Source: Hydrurus foetidus (lineage: Eukaryota). From it: a DNA stretch of 41,187 nucleotides. Below the pieces are notes generated by a model. That model had not been told where the DNA came from. It made no database searches and saw only the letters and a program-made list of their open reading frames with translations. Within the stretch, counting starts at the first letter, position 1, and every line of letters begins with the position of its first letter. This document shows positions 22,524 to 33,396 of this stretch, piece after piece. Both the position numbers and the translations under genes were made by a program. The stretch covers positions 62,001-103,187 of the forward strand of contig UYFQ01000541.1 of assembly GCA_900617105.1 (NCBI GenBank). The letters run 5' to 3'.

Positions 22524-23977
22524 TTAATATGTGTTGATTATCAAAGAGCTGACATTTGACAAATGAATAAAGTTTAAGAAAAAACAGGATATATTCCGCC
22601 AATAAAGACAAATAAACCTAAAGGTAATAAGACAGTAAACTCTCTGAAATTTATGTCTTGAAACTTTTTGGTGTAGTTGACTTTTAAACTTCCAAATATG
22701 ACTCTATTATATAACCATAAGGAGTAACCGCCACAAAGCATAATTCCAGTAGCTCCTGCAATTGAGCTGGGAGTATTTGTACTATAAATACCCGTCAAGA
22801 GTAAAAATTCGCCCACAAAACTACTTGTTCCGGGTAATGCTATGTTTGCCATAGTGAAAATTAGAAAAACGATAGAGTATATAGGCATTGTGTGAACTAA
22901 GCCTCCATAATAATATACGAATCTCGAATGATACCTCTCATATAGCACACCTATTATAAAAAACATCGCGCTCGATACAAAGCCGTGGCTAATACTTTGT
23001 AAAATACAACCCTCTAATCCAATGACGTTAAAGCTGAAAGTACCTAAGATTACCAGGTTCATATGCGCTATCGATGAATAAGCTACTATTCTTTTCATAT
23101 CCGTCTGTCTGATGGCACAAAACGAGGCGTAAATCACTCCTGTTACTCCAAGTACGTAAACAAAAGGAGAAAAAAATAGACAAGCGTCAGGAAAGAGATT
23201 TAGACTTACTCTAATCAAACCGTATATGCCTAGTTTTAACATAATACCTGCTAACAGAACAGATCCTACTGTAGGAGCTTCTACGTGAGCTTCAGGCAAC
23301 CATATATGAAATGGAAAAACGGGTACTTTGGAAGCAAAAGAAACAAAGAACGCCAACCAAAGCCAGCATTGCTCATTGAAAGTAAAGTTCCAACTCAAAA
23401 GGTATTCTAAACTTGAGGTGCCTGTTTTGGTTATTAAGTAGAGGATACCCAGCAGCATGAAAAGAGATCCAACTAGTGTGTAGAAAAAAAGTAGATAAAA
23501 AGCTCTTACTTTTCTTTCTCTTGATCCCCATATGCCTATCAATAATGACATTGGAATTAAAACAGCTTCGAAAAAAACGTAAAAGATGATTAAATCTAGT
23601 GATGAGAATATCAAAAGCAAACAAGTATTTATCACAGACAAGAAGATTATTGACTCTTTTAGTAAATCTGTGTCTAGTACAAATACTACACATAAGAATA
23701 TTAGAAGACTACTTAGAAAAAAGAATAAGATTGATATACCATCTAGTCCAAATGAAAAATCAATGTTTAAAACATTGACACATGTTTTATAACTTGTTAT
23801 ATTTTGAAAATAATAAAAATTGCAATCGAAACAACAAACTACTACGCAGGATAGAATCAGAACTACCCCAGAACTTGAGATGCCAATAAACTTTAAAGTA
23901 TTTCGATCGTGAGGAGAAACAAAATAAAGTGCTGCGACTGTAGTAATTTGTACCAAAAATATTATAGTTAAAAGCAT
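22524..23977 (-). CDS. nad4: NADH dehydrogenase subunit 4 (1-nt frameshift near 3' end)
   Basis: HIWLPEAHVEAPTVGSVLLAG and DMKRIVAYSSIAHM. Adding one base to the run at 22579-22584 restores YPVFFLNFIHLS...TY* ending at 22524. Confidence 0.97.
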
Positions 23978-24042
23978 ATTTAAGTAAGTTTTATTTCATT
24001 TAATCAGTTAATCATTACTCTTATGTGTGGCGCTTTGTCCAC

Positions 24043-25238
24043 CTATCTATCCACCTCACCGAAAACAATATCTTGAGTACCTATTATAGTGACAACATCT
24101 GCTATCATGTGACCTTTTGTCATCTCGTTCAGGGCCTGTAAGTGACCAAATCCAGGAGCCTTGATTTTGCACCTGTAAGGTTTATCCGTATTATTTGAGA
24201 TTAAATAAACTCCAAATTCTCCTTTTGGGGCTTCAGTTACGGTAAAAGTCTCTCCGAAAGGAAGAACTACCCCTCTGTATGAAATTTAAAATGATGAATT
24301 ACTGCTTCCATTGAAGACTTCATTTCGCTTCGTGTTGGTGCGGTAAGTTTGGTATTGTCAGACTTGATAGGACCTTCTGACTTTATCGCAATGACTTGTT
24401 GAATTATTTCTAGTGACTGTCGCATTTCTTCTATTCGAATTAAGTATCGATCATAGCAATCTCCTCTATTCCCGATTGCAATCGCGAAGTCAAGCTCTTC
24501 ATATACTTCGTAGGGTTGAGTCTTTCTCAAGTCCCAAGGCAATCCGGATCCTCGTAACATTACACCACTGAATCCCCAGTCTAAAGCTTTTTGAAAACTA
24601 ACAACTCCGATGTCCACTAGTCGCTCTTTCCATATCCTGTTACTTGTTAACATCTCCTCTATTTCATCTAGTCTTATTTTGAATTGTAGAGCAAATTGAT
24701 AAATATCGTCAAAAAGTCCTAAAGGAACATCTGCACTCAAGCCGCCAGGCCTTATAAACGCGGAGTGCATTCGAGCACCTGAGACTCTTTCATAAAATTC
24801 AAAAAGCTTTTCACGCTCTTCAAAAGCCCACATAAATGGAGTCATTGCACCCACATCCATTGCATGACAACCTACGGCTAACAAATGATTCAGAATTCGA
24901 GTCAACTCCAGAAACAAAACCCTAATTATTTGAGCTCTTCTAGGAACTTTTATTCCGGCAATTTTTTCAACCGCCAAGGAATACGTGTGCTCTTGCGCCA
25001 TCATAGAAACGTAATCTAATCGGTCAAAGTAAGGTAGCGCTTGCATGTAAGTCTTATGCTCTATCAATTTTTCTGTGCCTCTATGCAGTAATCCAATATG
25101 AGGGTCTGCACGCTCCACGACTTCCCCATTCAGTTCTAATATCAAACGAAGAACACCATGAGCAGCGGGGTGTTGAGGCCCAAAGTTGATTGTAAAGTTT
25201 TTTAATTCTTTGAGTAATTCTTTCTTTTTAAGAATCAT
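24043..25238 (-). CDS. nad7: NADH dehydrogenase subunit 7 (1-nt frameshift)
   Basis: [15 protein letters not shown]. Adding one base to the C4 run at 24270-24273 restores [10 protein letters not shown]...DIVFGEVDR* (398 aa). Confidence 0.98.
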
Positions 25239-25265
25239 TTGTATTTTCTTGAAGGTCTTATACTT

Positions 25266-25808
25266 TTAAGAAGACCAGGGAGAATTGAACGAAAAAAGTC
25301 TGAAGTCTTGACTCAGCTCCAGAGGTTCAACTACGATTCTTTTTTTCGTTTCATCATACTTTACTTCAACATAACCGGATATGGGAAAATCTTTCCGTAA
25401 TGGATGGCCTTCAAATCCGTAATCTGTCAGTATCCTACGCAAGTCTGGGTGCTCGTCGAAGTAAACGCCGTACATATCCCATACTTCCCTTTCCCACCAG
25501 TTAGCATTTACATAAAGCTTTACTATTGAAAGAATAGAAGTCGTCTCGTTTACGAAGGTTTTCAGACGAATACGTGTATTATAACTTAAACTCAGTAAGT
25601 CATAAATAACGATGAATCGAGTACCCTCGTGAATTAAGTCTACCCCAGAGATACAACTTAGAATTTGGAAGCAACAAGCAACATGGCGTTTTAAAACATT
25701 TAATGAAAAAAAAAGCTTTTGATGCGAAATGACCAAGACAAACTCATTATCAAATTGTTGAGAAATCAATATTGGTATGATGGTATTTAATTCTTTTATT
25801 TGTTTCAT
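25266..25808 (-). CDS. nad9: NADH dehydrogenase subunit 9
   Basis: WWEREVWDMYGV...HPDLRRILTDYGFEGHPLRKDFP. Confidence 0.98.
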   Translation of the reverse strand: MKQIKELNTIIPILISQQFDNEFVLVISHQKLFFSLNVLKRHVACCFQILSCISGVDLIHEGTRFIVIYDLLSLSYNTRIRLKTFVNETTSILSIVKLYVNANWWEREVWDMYGVYFDEHPDLRRILTDYGFEGHPLRKDFPISGYVEVKYDETKKRIVVEPLELSQDFRLFSFNSPWSS

Positions 25809-26014
25809 GCATCTAACTACTTTAAATTAACAAAGTTTATCTATCTCTTTAGGAAACGTAACTGTTTCAAACCGTAATCTTTAAGCCTAGGTTCAAAGTT
25901 GAGTCGTGTAACAATGAAAGCTTCTTGTTTTTCGTTTGGGTAACGATCGATTTAAAACACTTCACAGTTAAAAGCGGCAGTTTGAGTCATTTGCTTAATC
26001 TACAGGAGAGATCA

Positions 26015-27537
26015 TTAGTAGCCTGCAGTTCCTAAGACTATCAAGTCAGTCAAGATTATTATGAATTCGGGTAGAAAGAAGAAAAAATACAAACCAAAGG
26101 ACCCAAAGACTGCTATGCAGCAAAACAAATCTCTAAACTCGTCTTTAAAGCTTGAACGAAATACCTCTTTACTTCCCTGTATTTCTTGTATTTCAAAAAA
26201 GATTACTTTTATCAGTCTCATATAGTAGTAAAATGAAACAGAACTGATTAGAATTGTCCCGACACTTATCGCGATATAATTGGACTCTATTAGACTCTTT
26301 AAGACAAGCACTTTGCTCAAAAATCCACTAGAAGGTGGCATCCCTCCTATAGAGAATAATAAGAGTACAAGGAGTAATCCAGCGATTGGGTTTTTTTCAA
26401 AGAGGTTACTCATACTTGTGAAGTAAACGGTGTGAATCAACTTATTCTTAAAGCTGTTTTCTTTTTGCTGACTACCGTAGAACTCAACGATATAACCCCA
26501 AAGCAATATAGAAGATAAAACATACACTAAGACGTAAAGGAACAATGCACAAAATCCGTGATGCGTTCCTAGCGACAGCGTTAATGCAAAGAACCCTGTC
26601 TGAGATAACGAACTGTACAAAACTAGTCGTTTTAGCTTCGTCTGTCTTAAGGCTAAAAATGCTCCCGCGAATATTGATAGATATCCTGAAATCATTAATA
26701 ATTCTGAAATAATGAAGAAGTTAAATCCGATTATATTCAACAGTTTAAAAAAGAAGTATAGTAATCCTATCTTAGGAATTATTGAAAATCCGATTGTAGA
26801 GCATAAAGGTGAACCTTCGTAAACGTCGGGTGCCCAAAAATGAAATGGAGCAATAGCTAATTTGAACATTAAAGCCATTACAATCAAAAAAAAACCAAAA
26901 AAAACAGGTCTTTCTATCTCTTGATAGTTATTTTCTAATGGAAAGCTCAGTAGTAGCATTAACGCGTTAAAATTCAGCGTTCCTAATCCTCCATAGATAA
27001 GTAGACATCCCATCAGATAAATACAAGAAACAAATGAGCCTAAAATGAAATATTTCAATCCCGCGTCTGTAGAAAAAGAAGAATTCTTTCGAAAACAAGC
27101 CAAAATATAAAATGATAATGCTTGCATTTCAAGCACTAAGTAGGCTATTAAGAAGTCACAAGAGCTTATAAGGAGAAGTACACCTAGCAAAGATAGTAAG
27201 AAAATAGTAAAAACTCAGCAAAACTTACGTTTTGAACGACGAATCCTCTTCCCATAATGATAGTTAAAGGTACACTAAAGAATAGAACCAGCTTCTTAAC
27301 CGTTAAAGACCCAATATCATTGCTTAAAAGTGATGATTCTACTGTAGTATTGTCGCAATATTGAATATAAAAAGACCCTAATAATATTAAAACACTTTGA
27401 AAAACGATTTCTTTATCGAAAACGGGGAAGTTCTTTGTTCTGTGTGTTGCTAATGAGCTTCCAAATACAAGTTGAATCAAAACGCAAAAAGAAAGAAATA
27501 TCTCAGGTAAAAAGGATGTTAATAAATTTATACTCAT
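26015..27537 (-). CDS. nad2: NADH dehydrogenase subunit 2 (1-nt frameshift joins two ORFs)
   Basis: FLPEIFL start, AGLKYFILG and FKLAIAPFHFWAPDVYEG. Adding one base at the A5 run 27209-27213 gives EFFTIFLLSLLG. Confidence 0.96.
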
Positions 27538-27549
27538 AATTATACTTTA

Positions 27550-27621
27550 TATCCTCTATGGGAATTGAACCCATATTCTCACCTTGAAAAAGTAATGTCC
27601 TAACCCTTAGACGAAGAGGAC
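27550..27621 (-). tRNA. trnE: tRNA-Glu(UUC)
   Basis: Minus strand GTCCTCT...loop TTTTCAA...ATGGG-TTCAATT-CCCAT-AGAGGAT-A. Confidence 0.93.
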
Positions 27622-27775
27622 TTCATTTTTTTGAGAAAGCGCCACGAAAATGCTTTTAAAAACTTAGTTTTACGAAAAATAATGATTATTAATTGATTAC
27701 GCTGTTTCGTGCGTAGACAAAACTGCATGCTATTTACAAAAAAGTCCAAGTTGAGAACATCAAACAACAACTATT

Positions 27776-28537
27776 ATGCAAAAAACAAAAAGGTTCTTTA
27801 GAGACTTTTATTTCAAACCGGAGTATCGAGAAAAGAATCTTTTAGATTATATAAGACACACTAAAAGAAAAAGGTACCAATTATGCTTTCCTAACCTTTT
27901 CAGTGAGCTCTTTCCTAATAATTGTAAATCGTTCAAAAAAAGTTCGAAGTATACGAATAAAAGATCTCTTATCAAAAGTAGAAGAGTCGCAGTAAAAAAA
28001 TTACTTTTAAGAATAAAAACGCGTGCTAACAACCGTAATGATAACAGCCGCATCTATTCTAGTAAGACTCAATTACCCCTTAACGGGAAGACTTTGAAAC
28101 CAACGTTTTTTTTCAATAAGACGATGACAATTCGCATTAAGCCAAATAACGTTTTTTGCACATTTGTCAACAGAGCAAAGCGAAAGACTATATCCGGAAC
28201 TTGTACCAAATATAAAGTTAAAATGTCTAAAAAAGCTTTGAGATACAACTATAAAGTTATCTTGAAATCTTTTTTGAAGGAAACAAAGCGATTTCTTAAA
28301 TCAAAAAGGATTCTTATTTCAGTAACATCTCCAAAGAAAATTCGACGGGAATTACTGCGTATTTTGAAAACCAGATTGATTAGACGAAAAAAGTTTGCTC
28401 GAAAAACTTCTGGAAAAAAAGTTCGGTACAGTCCCGATCTGCTTTTGTTTCGCTTTAACTCTAAGAAATGTTTCAACGGGTGTAGAGTCCGTAAAAAAAG
28501 AAGAAAAAAGCAGAGGGGTTTGAGGATTTATAAGTAG
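27776..28537 (+). CDS. rps11: Ribosomal protein S11 (long basic N-terminal extension)
   Basis: IRIKPNNVFCTF and C-terminal CFNGCRVRKKRR (S11 NGCR motif). Confidence 0.85.
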   Translation: MQKTKRFFRDFYFKPEYREKNLLDYIRHTKRKRYQLCFPNLFSELFPNNCKSFKKSSKYTNKRSLIKSRRVAVKKLLLRIKTRANNRNDNSRIYSSKTQLPLNGKTLKPTFFFNKTMTIRIKPNNVFCTFVNRAKRKTISGTCTKYKVKMSKKALRYNYKVILKSFLKETKRFLKSKRILISVTSPKKIRRELLRILKTRLIRRKKFARKTSGKKVRYSPDLLLFRFNSKKCFNGCRVRKKRRKKQRGLRIYK

Positions 28538-28550
28538 GAGATGTGCTCTT

Positions 28551-28637
28551 GGATTGATGGCTGAGTGGTTTAAAGCGTTAGTTTGCTAAACTAATACACA
28601 AAATAATGTGTCATGGGTTCGAATCCCTTTCATTCCG
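28551..28637 (+). tRNA. trnS: tRNA-Ser(GCU)
   Basis: Anticodon arm TTAGT-TTGCTAA-ACTAA, long variable arm, T-loop TTCGAAT. Confidence 0.93.
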
Positions 28638-28745
28638 AGGTGAATTTAAGTTGTGCAACTAAATACTTAACGTCAAAGTTTCATACGGAGCTTTTTGAGC
28701 TTATTTTAAGGCTGTTCCATATAAACGCGGATTTTACAATTATTC

Positions 28746-28870
28746 AAACTTTGAGTCCAATAACATGACTTTAATGTCTACTTTTTAATCTTGTTCTTAA
28801 AGCCTTCAAAAACTACATTCGAAATAGTCATGATAGTGTCTTTTGCTGACTACATCTTACAACTACTTAA
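28746..28870 (+). pseudogene. Decayed tandem duplicate of the nad1 5' end
   Basis: ATGACTTTAATG...AAACTACATTCGAAATAGTCATGATAG at 28765 parallels nad1 ATGACTTTAATG...AAACTACACTCGAAATATTAATGATAG at 28890. Confidence 0.75.
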
Positions 28871-28889
28871 ACTTTTTATCAAATAAAAT

Positions 28890-29897
28890 ATGACTTTAAT
28901 GCTTATCCTTTTAACATTGCCTTTAAAGGCTTTAGAAACTACACTCGAAATATTAATGATAGCAATCCCTTTACTGGCCGCAATAGCTTATTTTACTCTT
29001 GCAGAGCGAAAGATTTTGGGAGCAATTCAAAGAAGAAAAGGGCCTAATGTTGTAGGAACTTATGGGCTGCTTCAGCCTTTAGCTGACGGCTTTAAGTTAC
29101 TTGTCAAAGAGACGATTATTCCAAGCAATTCAAATAAACTTATTTTTATAATTTCACCGGTTTTGACTTTTACGCTTAGTTTGATGGGTTGGGCTGTAAT
29201 ACCATTCGACAAATATGTCGTTTTTTCGCAAATTAACCTTGGTATGTTGTACTTATTTGCGGTTTCTTCTTTAGGCGTTTACGGAGTTATAATGTCTGGT
29301 TGGTCGAGTAATTCAAAATACGCTTTCTTAGGTTCATTAAGATCGGCAGCACAGATGGTTTCTTACGAAGTCACGATCGGATTTATCATAGTGACTGTGT
29401 CTATTTTTTCTGGGTCTTTTGATTTGCAACAAATAGTAGAGTCTCAAAAAGACGTTTGGTTCGTTGTTTTGTTTCCTCCCTTAGCTCTTATCTTTTTTAT
29501 CTGTTCGCTGGCAGAGACAAACAGACATCCATTCGATTTGCCGGAGGCAGAAGCAGAACTTGTAGCTGGTTATAATGTTGAATATTCTGCGATGGGTTTT
29601 GCTCTTTTTTCTTTAGGAGAGTATTGTCATATGCTTTTGATGAGCGCTGTGAATGTTACGCTATTTTTTGGAGGTTGGCTGCCTCCATTTGAAGGGTTAT
29701 GGCTTTCGGGTTCTTTTTGGTTTAGTTTAAAAGTATCTTTTTTTGTCGTCTTGTTCATAGTTGTTCGCGCAGCTTTGCCTAGGTATAGATATGATCAACT
29801 AATGGGACTTGGTTGGAAAGTATTTCTTCCTATTTCTATTGCTTACCTTTTGATTACAATATTGATTTTAATCTCCTTTAATATGATGCCTTATTAA
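28890..29897 (+). CDS. nad1: NADH dehydrogenase subunit 1
   Basis: [38 protein letters not shown] and PRYRYDQLM. Confidence 0.99.
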   Translation: MTLMLILLTLPLKALETTLEILMIAIPLLAAIAYFTLAERKILGAIQRRKGPNVVGTYGLLQPLADGFKLLVKETIIPSNSNKLIFIISPVLTFTLSLMGWAVIPFDKYVVFSQINLGMLYLFAVSSLGVYGVIMSGWSSNSKYAFLGSLRSAAQMVSYEVTIGFIIVTVSIFSGSFDLQQIVESQKDVWFVVLFPPLALIFFICSLAETNRHPFDLPEAEAELVAGYNVEYSAMGFALFSLGEYCHMLLMSAVNVTLFFGGWLPPFEGLWLSGSFWFSLKVSFFVVLFIVVRAALPRYRYDQLMGLGWKVFLPISIAYLLITILILISFNMMPY

Positions 29898-30050
29898 AGT
29901 CGCGATATTATGAATTGATTAGAAGAGTTTTCAAAAAGCTAAGAAAGCGCTTGAAGATAGATCCTTTTGGAATTTTTTAGTTTATATCGTAGATTAAAAA
30001 GTTAAAAGTTGTTATACCATTTCACGTAGTGGAAAACTTTATCATCATAA

Positions 30051-32041
30051 ATGCTAATCTTGATATTACTATTACCGTTATTAGGATTCTTTAGCGGAAG
30101 CCTTTTCGGAAGATATTTAGGAAAAACTGTTCTAATTTTTACTACCTTAAGTGTTTTTATTCCTTTACTAATTTCTAGTTACCTTTTATATAATGTTATA
30201 TCAACAGGACTGATGTACAAAATGAGTATTTGTTTATGGGTTGCCTCGGATACTCTTCATGTCAATTGGTCTTTTTGTTTTGATAGTTTAACATCAGTAA
30301 TGCTTATCGTTGTAACTTTTGTCTCAACGGCTGTTCACGTATACTCTTTAGAATATATGGAGAATGACCCTCATTTATTACGGTTCATGTCTTATTTGTC
30401 ATTATTTACTTTTTTCATGCTTTTGTTAATTTCGTCGAATAATTTTTTACAAATGTTTGTTGGTTGGGAAGGTGTAGGTTTATCGTCTTATCTGTTGATC
30501 AATTTTTGGTTTACCAGAATTCAGGCTAATAAAGCAGCAATAAAAGCGTTACTTGTTAATCGAATTGGAGACTATTTTATGGTATTATCGCTTTTTTCGA
30601 TTCAGCTTATTTTTGGTAGCCTGGATTATGACGTTGTTTTTAGTTTAGTACCTTCTATAAGTGGTTCTAGATTAATGATCGGTAGTTTAGAAGTCGATTG
30701 CTTAGACTTGATCAGTATACTACTGTTTTTAGGTGCAATGGGTAAATCTGCTCAAATTGGATTGCACACTTGGTTGCCTGATGCTATGGAAGGACCTACT
30801 CCCGTTTCTGCATTAATACATGCGGCCACTATGGTTACAGCAGGAGTTTTTCTAATTATTCGTTGCTCATACTTTTTCGAATTTTCACCGAATGCTTTAG
30901 GTTTGATCATTATCATAGGATCTTTAACTTCGTTTTTTGCTGCTACGACAGGTTTATTCCAAAATGACATAAAACGAATAATTGCATATTCGACTTGTAG
31001 TCAATTAGGTTATATGATTTTTGCTTGTGGATTATCTAGTTACGATTTGGGTATTTTTCACTTAGCTAACCATGCTTTTTTTAAAGCTTTATTGTTTCTA
31101 GGAGCAGGATCTGTGATACATGCTATGGCGGATGAACAAGATATTCGTAAAATGGGTGGTTTAAAGAAATTGCTTCCTTTTTCCTATAGTGTAATGGTTA
31201 TAGGGTCTTTAGCTCTTATAGGGTTTCCTTTTTTAACAGGTTTTTACTCCAAGGATGCCATATTAGAAGTAGCTTTTGCTAAAGGTGGCTTGTACGGAAA
31301 TTTTTCGTACATACTTGGTTCGTTGGCTGCTTGGTGCACGTCTTTCTATTCAACAAGGCTATTATTTTTAGTTTTTTTATCGGAGCCAAATGGGAGTCGA
31401 ATAATAACTATAAATGCTCGCGAAGGTTCTTGGTTGATGGGTCTACCTCTAGTTATTCTATCAATCATTACTGTTATTCTTGGATTTATGTCGCGTGATC
31501 TTTTCGTTGGATTTGGTACGGACTTTTGGGGAACATCTATATTCATTTTACCTTCGCATTATTGTTTGTTAGACGTAGAGTTTATTCCTTTGAACTATAA
31601 GCTTCTGCCCTTGCAAGCAAGTATTTCGGGAATTATTTTTGCTTATCTTCTGCATTCAATACACCTTAGAAGTTTCTATCTTTTAAAAAGAACACAAGGC
31701 TTTAAAACTTTTTACACTTTTATATCAAAAAGTGGTATTTTGACCGGTTGTATAACGGGATTTTCGTTCAAAACGTTCTTTTCTTTTGTTATCATTTTAC
31801 TTATAAAGATATTGACAGAGGACTCATTGAAAAAGTAGGTCCTTCCGGACTGACTGAATTGGCTTCTGAAATATCTGACTTGATTGTATTTTTACAAACA
31901 GGACTTATATTTCATTACTTGTACATGTTTTTCGTACTTTTATTTCTATCAGGACTTGCTTGGATCACATTAAATTATCTATCATTCGTTGCAGTTATTG
32001 GTGGTATCCTGTTTATATATCTTTCTTTTGAAGAGATCTAG
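30051..32041 (+). CDS. nad5: NADH dehydrogenase subunit 5 (1-nt frameshift)
   Basis: GWEGVG and GKSAQIGLHTWLPDAMEGPTPVSALIHAATMV. Adding one A at 31727-31731 restores KKWYFD...DRGLIEKVGP (663 aa). Confidence 0.98.
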
Positions 32042-32152
32042 TAAGTTTATATTATCTAATTCATTTAAAGTCTTTTCAGAAAGTTTATTCATTTATGACA
32101 TTTTGTTTACGTACCTTTCTTTTGGAAAGGCTGAGGGAAAGAGTATTTTAAA

Positions 32153-32226
32153 GGCGAGTGTAGCTTAATGGTTAGAGTGTCAGATTGTGGCTTTGAAGGT
32201 TGTGGGTTCAAATCCCATTATTCGCC
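32153..32226 (+). tRNA. trnH: tRNA-His(GUG)
   Basis: G-1, acceptor GCGAGTG/TATTCGC, loop TTGTGGC, T-arm GTGGG-TTCAAAT-CCCAT. Confidence 0.93.
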
Positions 32227-32244
32227 CGAAAATATTTGATACGC

Positions 32245-32327
32245 GCTTGTTTGGCGAAATTGGTAGACGCAACAGATTTAAAATTTGTTTTTCTTTGAAA
32301 GTGTTGGTTCAAGTCCAACATTAAGCA
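32245..32327 (+). tRNA. trnL: tRNA-Leu(UAA)
   Basis: D-arm GGCGAAATTGGTAGACGC, loop TTTAAAA, variable arm, T-arm GTTGG-TTCAAGT-CCAAC. Confidence 0.92.
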
Positions 32328-32334
32328 TTTACAT

Positions 32335-33150
32335 ATGACACAAGTCTGTTTTATGCTCTCTATCATTAACTCGTTTTTTATTACATCATGCGATGCTTCT
32401 GAATCTTGGCAACTAGGACTTCAAGACCCTGCAACTCCCATTATGGAAAGTATGCTATTTTTTCATAATTACTTGATGATGTTTTTACTTGCCATAGGCA
32501 TTTTCGTATCGTGGATGCTGATCTCAGTTTTTTACCTTTTTAATAACAAAGTCAGCTTTGAATCTCAAAAGTTTTCTCATGATAGTCTCTTGGAAACCTT
32601 TTGGACCATCGTACCCGCAATCATTTTGTTATTTATTTCGATACCTTCTTTCGCGCTGCTTTATTCTCTAGATGAACTGATAAATCCCTTGATAACATTA
32701 AAAGTTGTTGGTCATCAGTGGTATTGGAGTTATGAATATTCAGACTATTTTCTTGGGACAGTTGTAATGCCACAAGATTCCGCTTCAGAAGGAAGATTGA
32801 ATTTTGACTCTTATATGATATCTACGTTAGATTTAACAAAGGGAGCTCTTAGACTTTTAGAAGTGGATAACAGGTCTGTCTTACCAGTTTGTACTCATAT
32901 AAGACTTATTGTTACAGCGGCTGATGTTTTACATAGTTGGGCGGTACCATCATTTGGAATCAAAATCGACGCTTGTCCTGGTAGATTAAGTCAAGGATCT
33001 TTATTTATAAAGCGAGAAGGCGTTTATTATGGTCAATGCAGTGAAATTTGTGGAGTCAATCATGGATTTATGCCGATTGTGGTCCGTGGTGTTATTGCAG
33101 ATAACTTTGCGATTTGGACATTGATCAAGATAGATGAACTTAGATCTTAG
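32335..33150 (+). CDS. cox2: Cytochrome c oxidase subunit 2
   Basis: GHQWYWSYEY, DVLHSWAVP and CuA motif GQCSEICGVNHGFMP. Confidence 0.99.
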   Translation: MTQVCFMLSIINSFFITSCDASESWQLGLQDPATPIMESMLFFHNYLMMFLLAIGIFVSWMLISVFYLFNNKVSFESQKFSHDSLLETFWTIVPAIILLFISIPSFALLYSLDELINPLITLKVVGHQWYWSYEYSDYFLGTVVMPQDSASEGRLNFDSYMISTLDLTKGALRLLEVDNRSVLPVCTHIRLIVTAADVLHSWAVPSFGIKIDACPGRLSQGSLFIKREGVYYGQCSEICGVNHGFMPIVVRGVIADNFAIWTLIKIDELRS

Positions 33151-33293
33151 TGAAAAATTGATTGAAGGTTTACCATCTTTTTCGACGTACAAAAAAGTCT
33201 GAGGCTTTAGTATTGTGATGGGATTCTTTTAGTTTTGATTTTAAGAAACGACCATTTAATTCGAATAAGAATTAGAATACCGATATGTTTTAG

Positions 33294-33342
33294 AATCGTG
33301 GGTATTTGATTAAACTTTAGTGAAATTCAAATACCCACGATT
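33294..33342. promoter_or_regulatory. 16-bp perfect inverted repeat (stem-loop) between cox2 and cob
   Basis: AATCGTGGGTATTTGA - 17 nt - TCAAATACCCACGATT. Confidence 0.7.
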
Positions 33343-33396
33343 TTATTTAGTAAAGCAACCCGAGTAACAAATTCATCCCGTTTTTCGTTAAACGTT

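Noticed and set aside
26015..27537. nad2 (and rps3, nad5) as genuinely split genes
   Set aside because: The halves join seamlessly with single added bases in homopolymer runs, and the second halves lack proper ATG starts.
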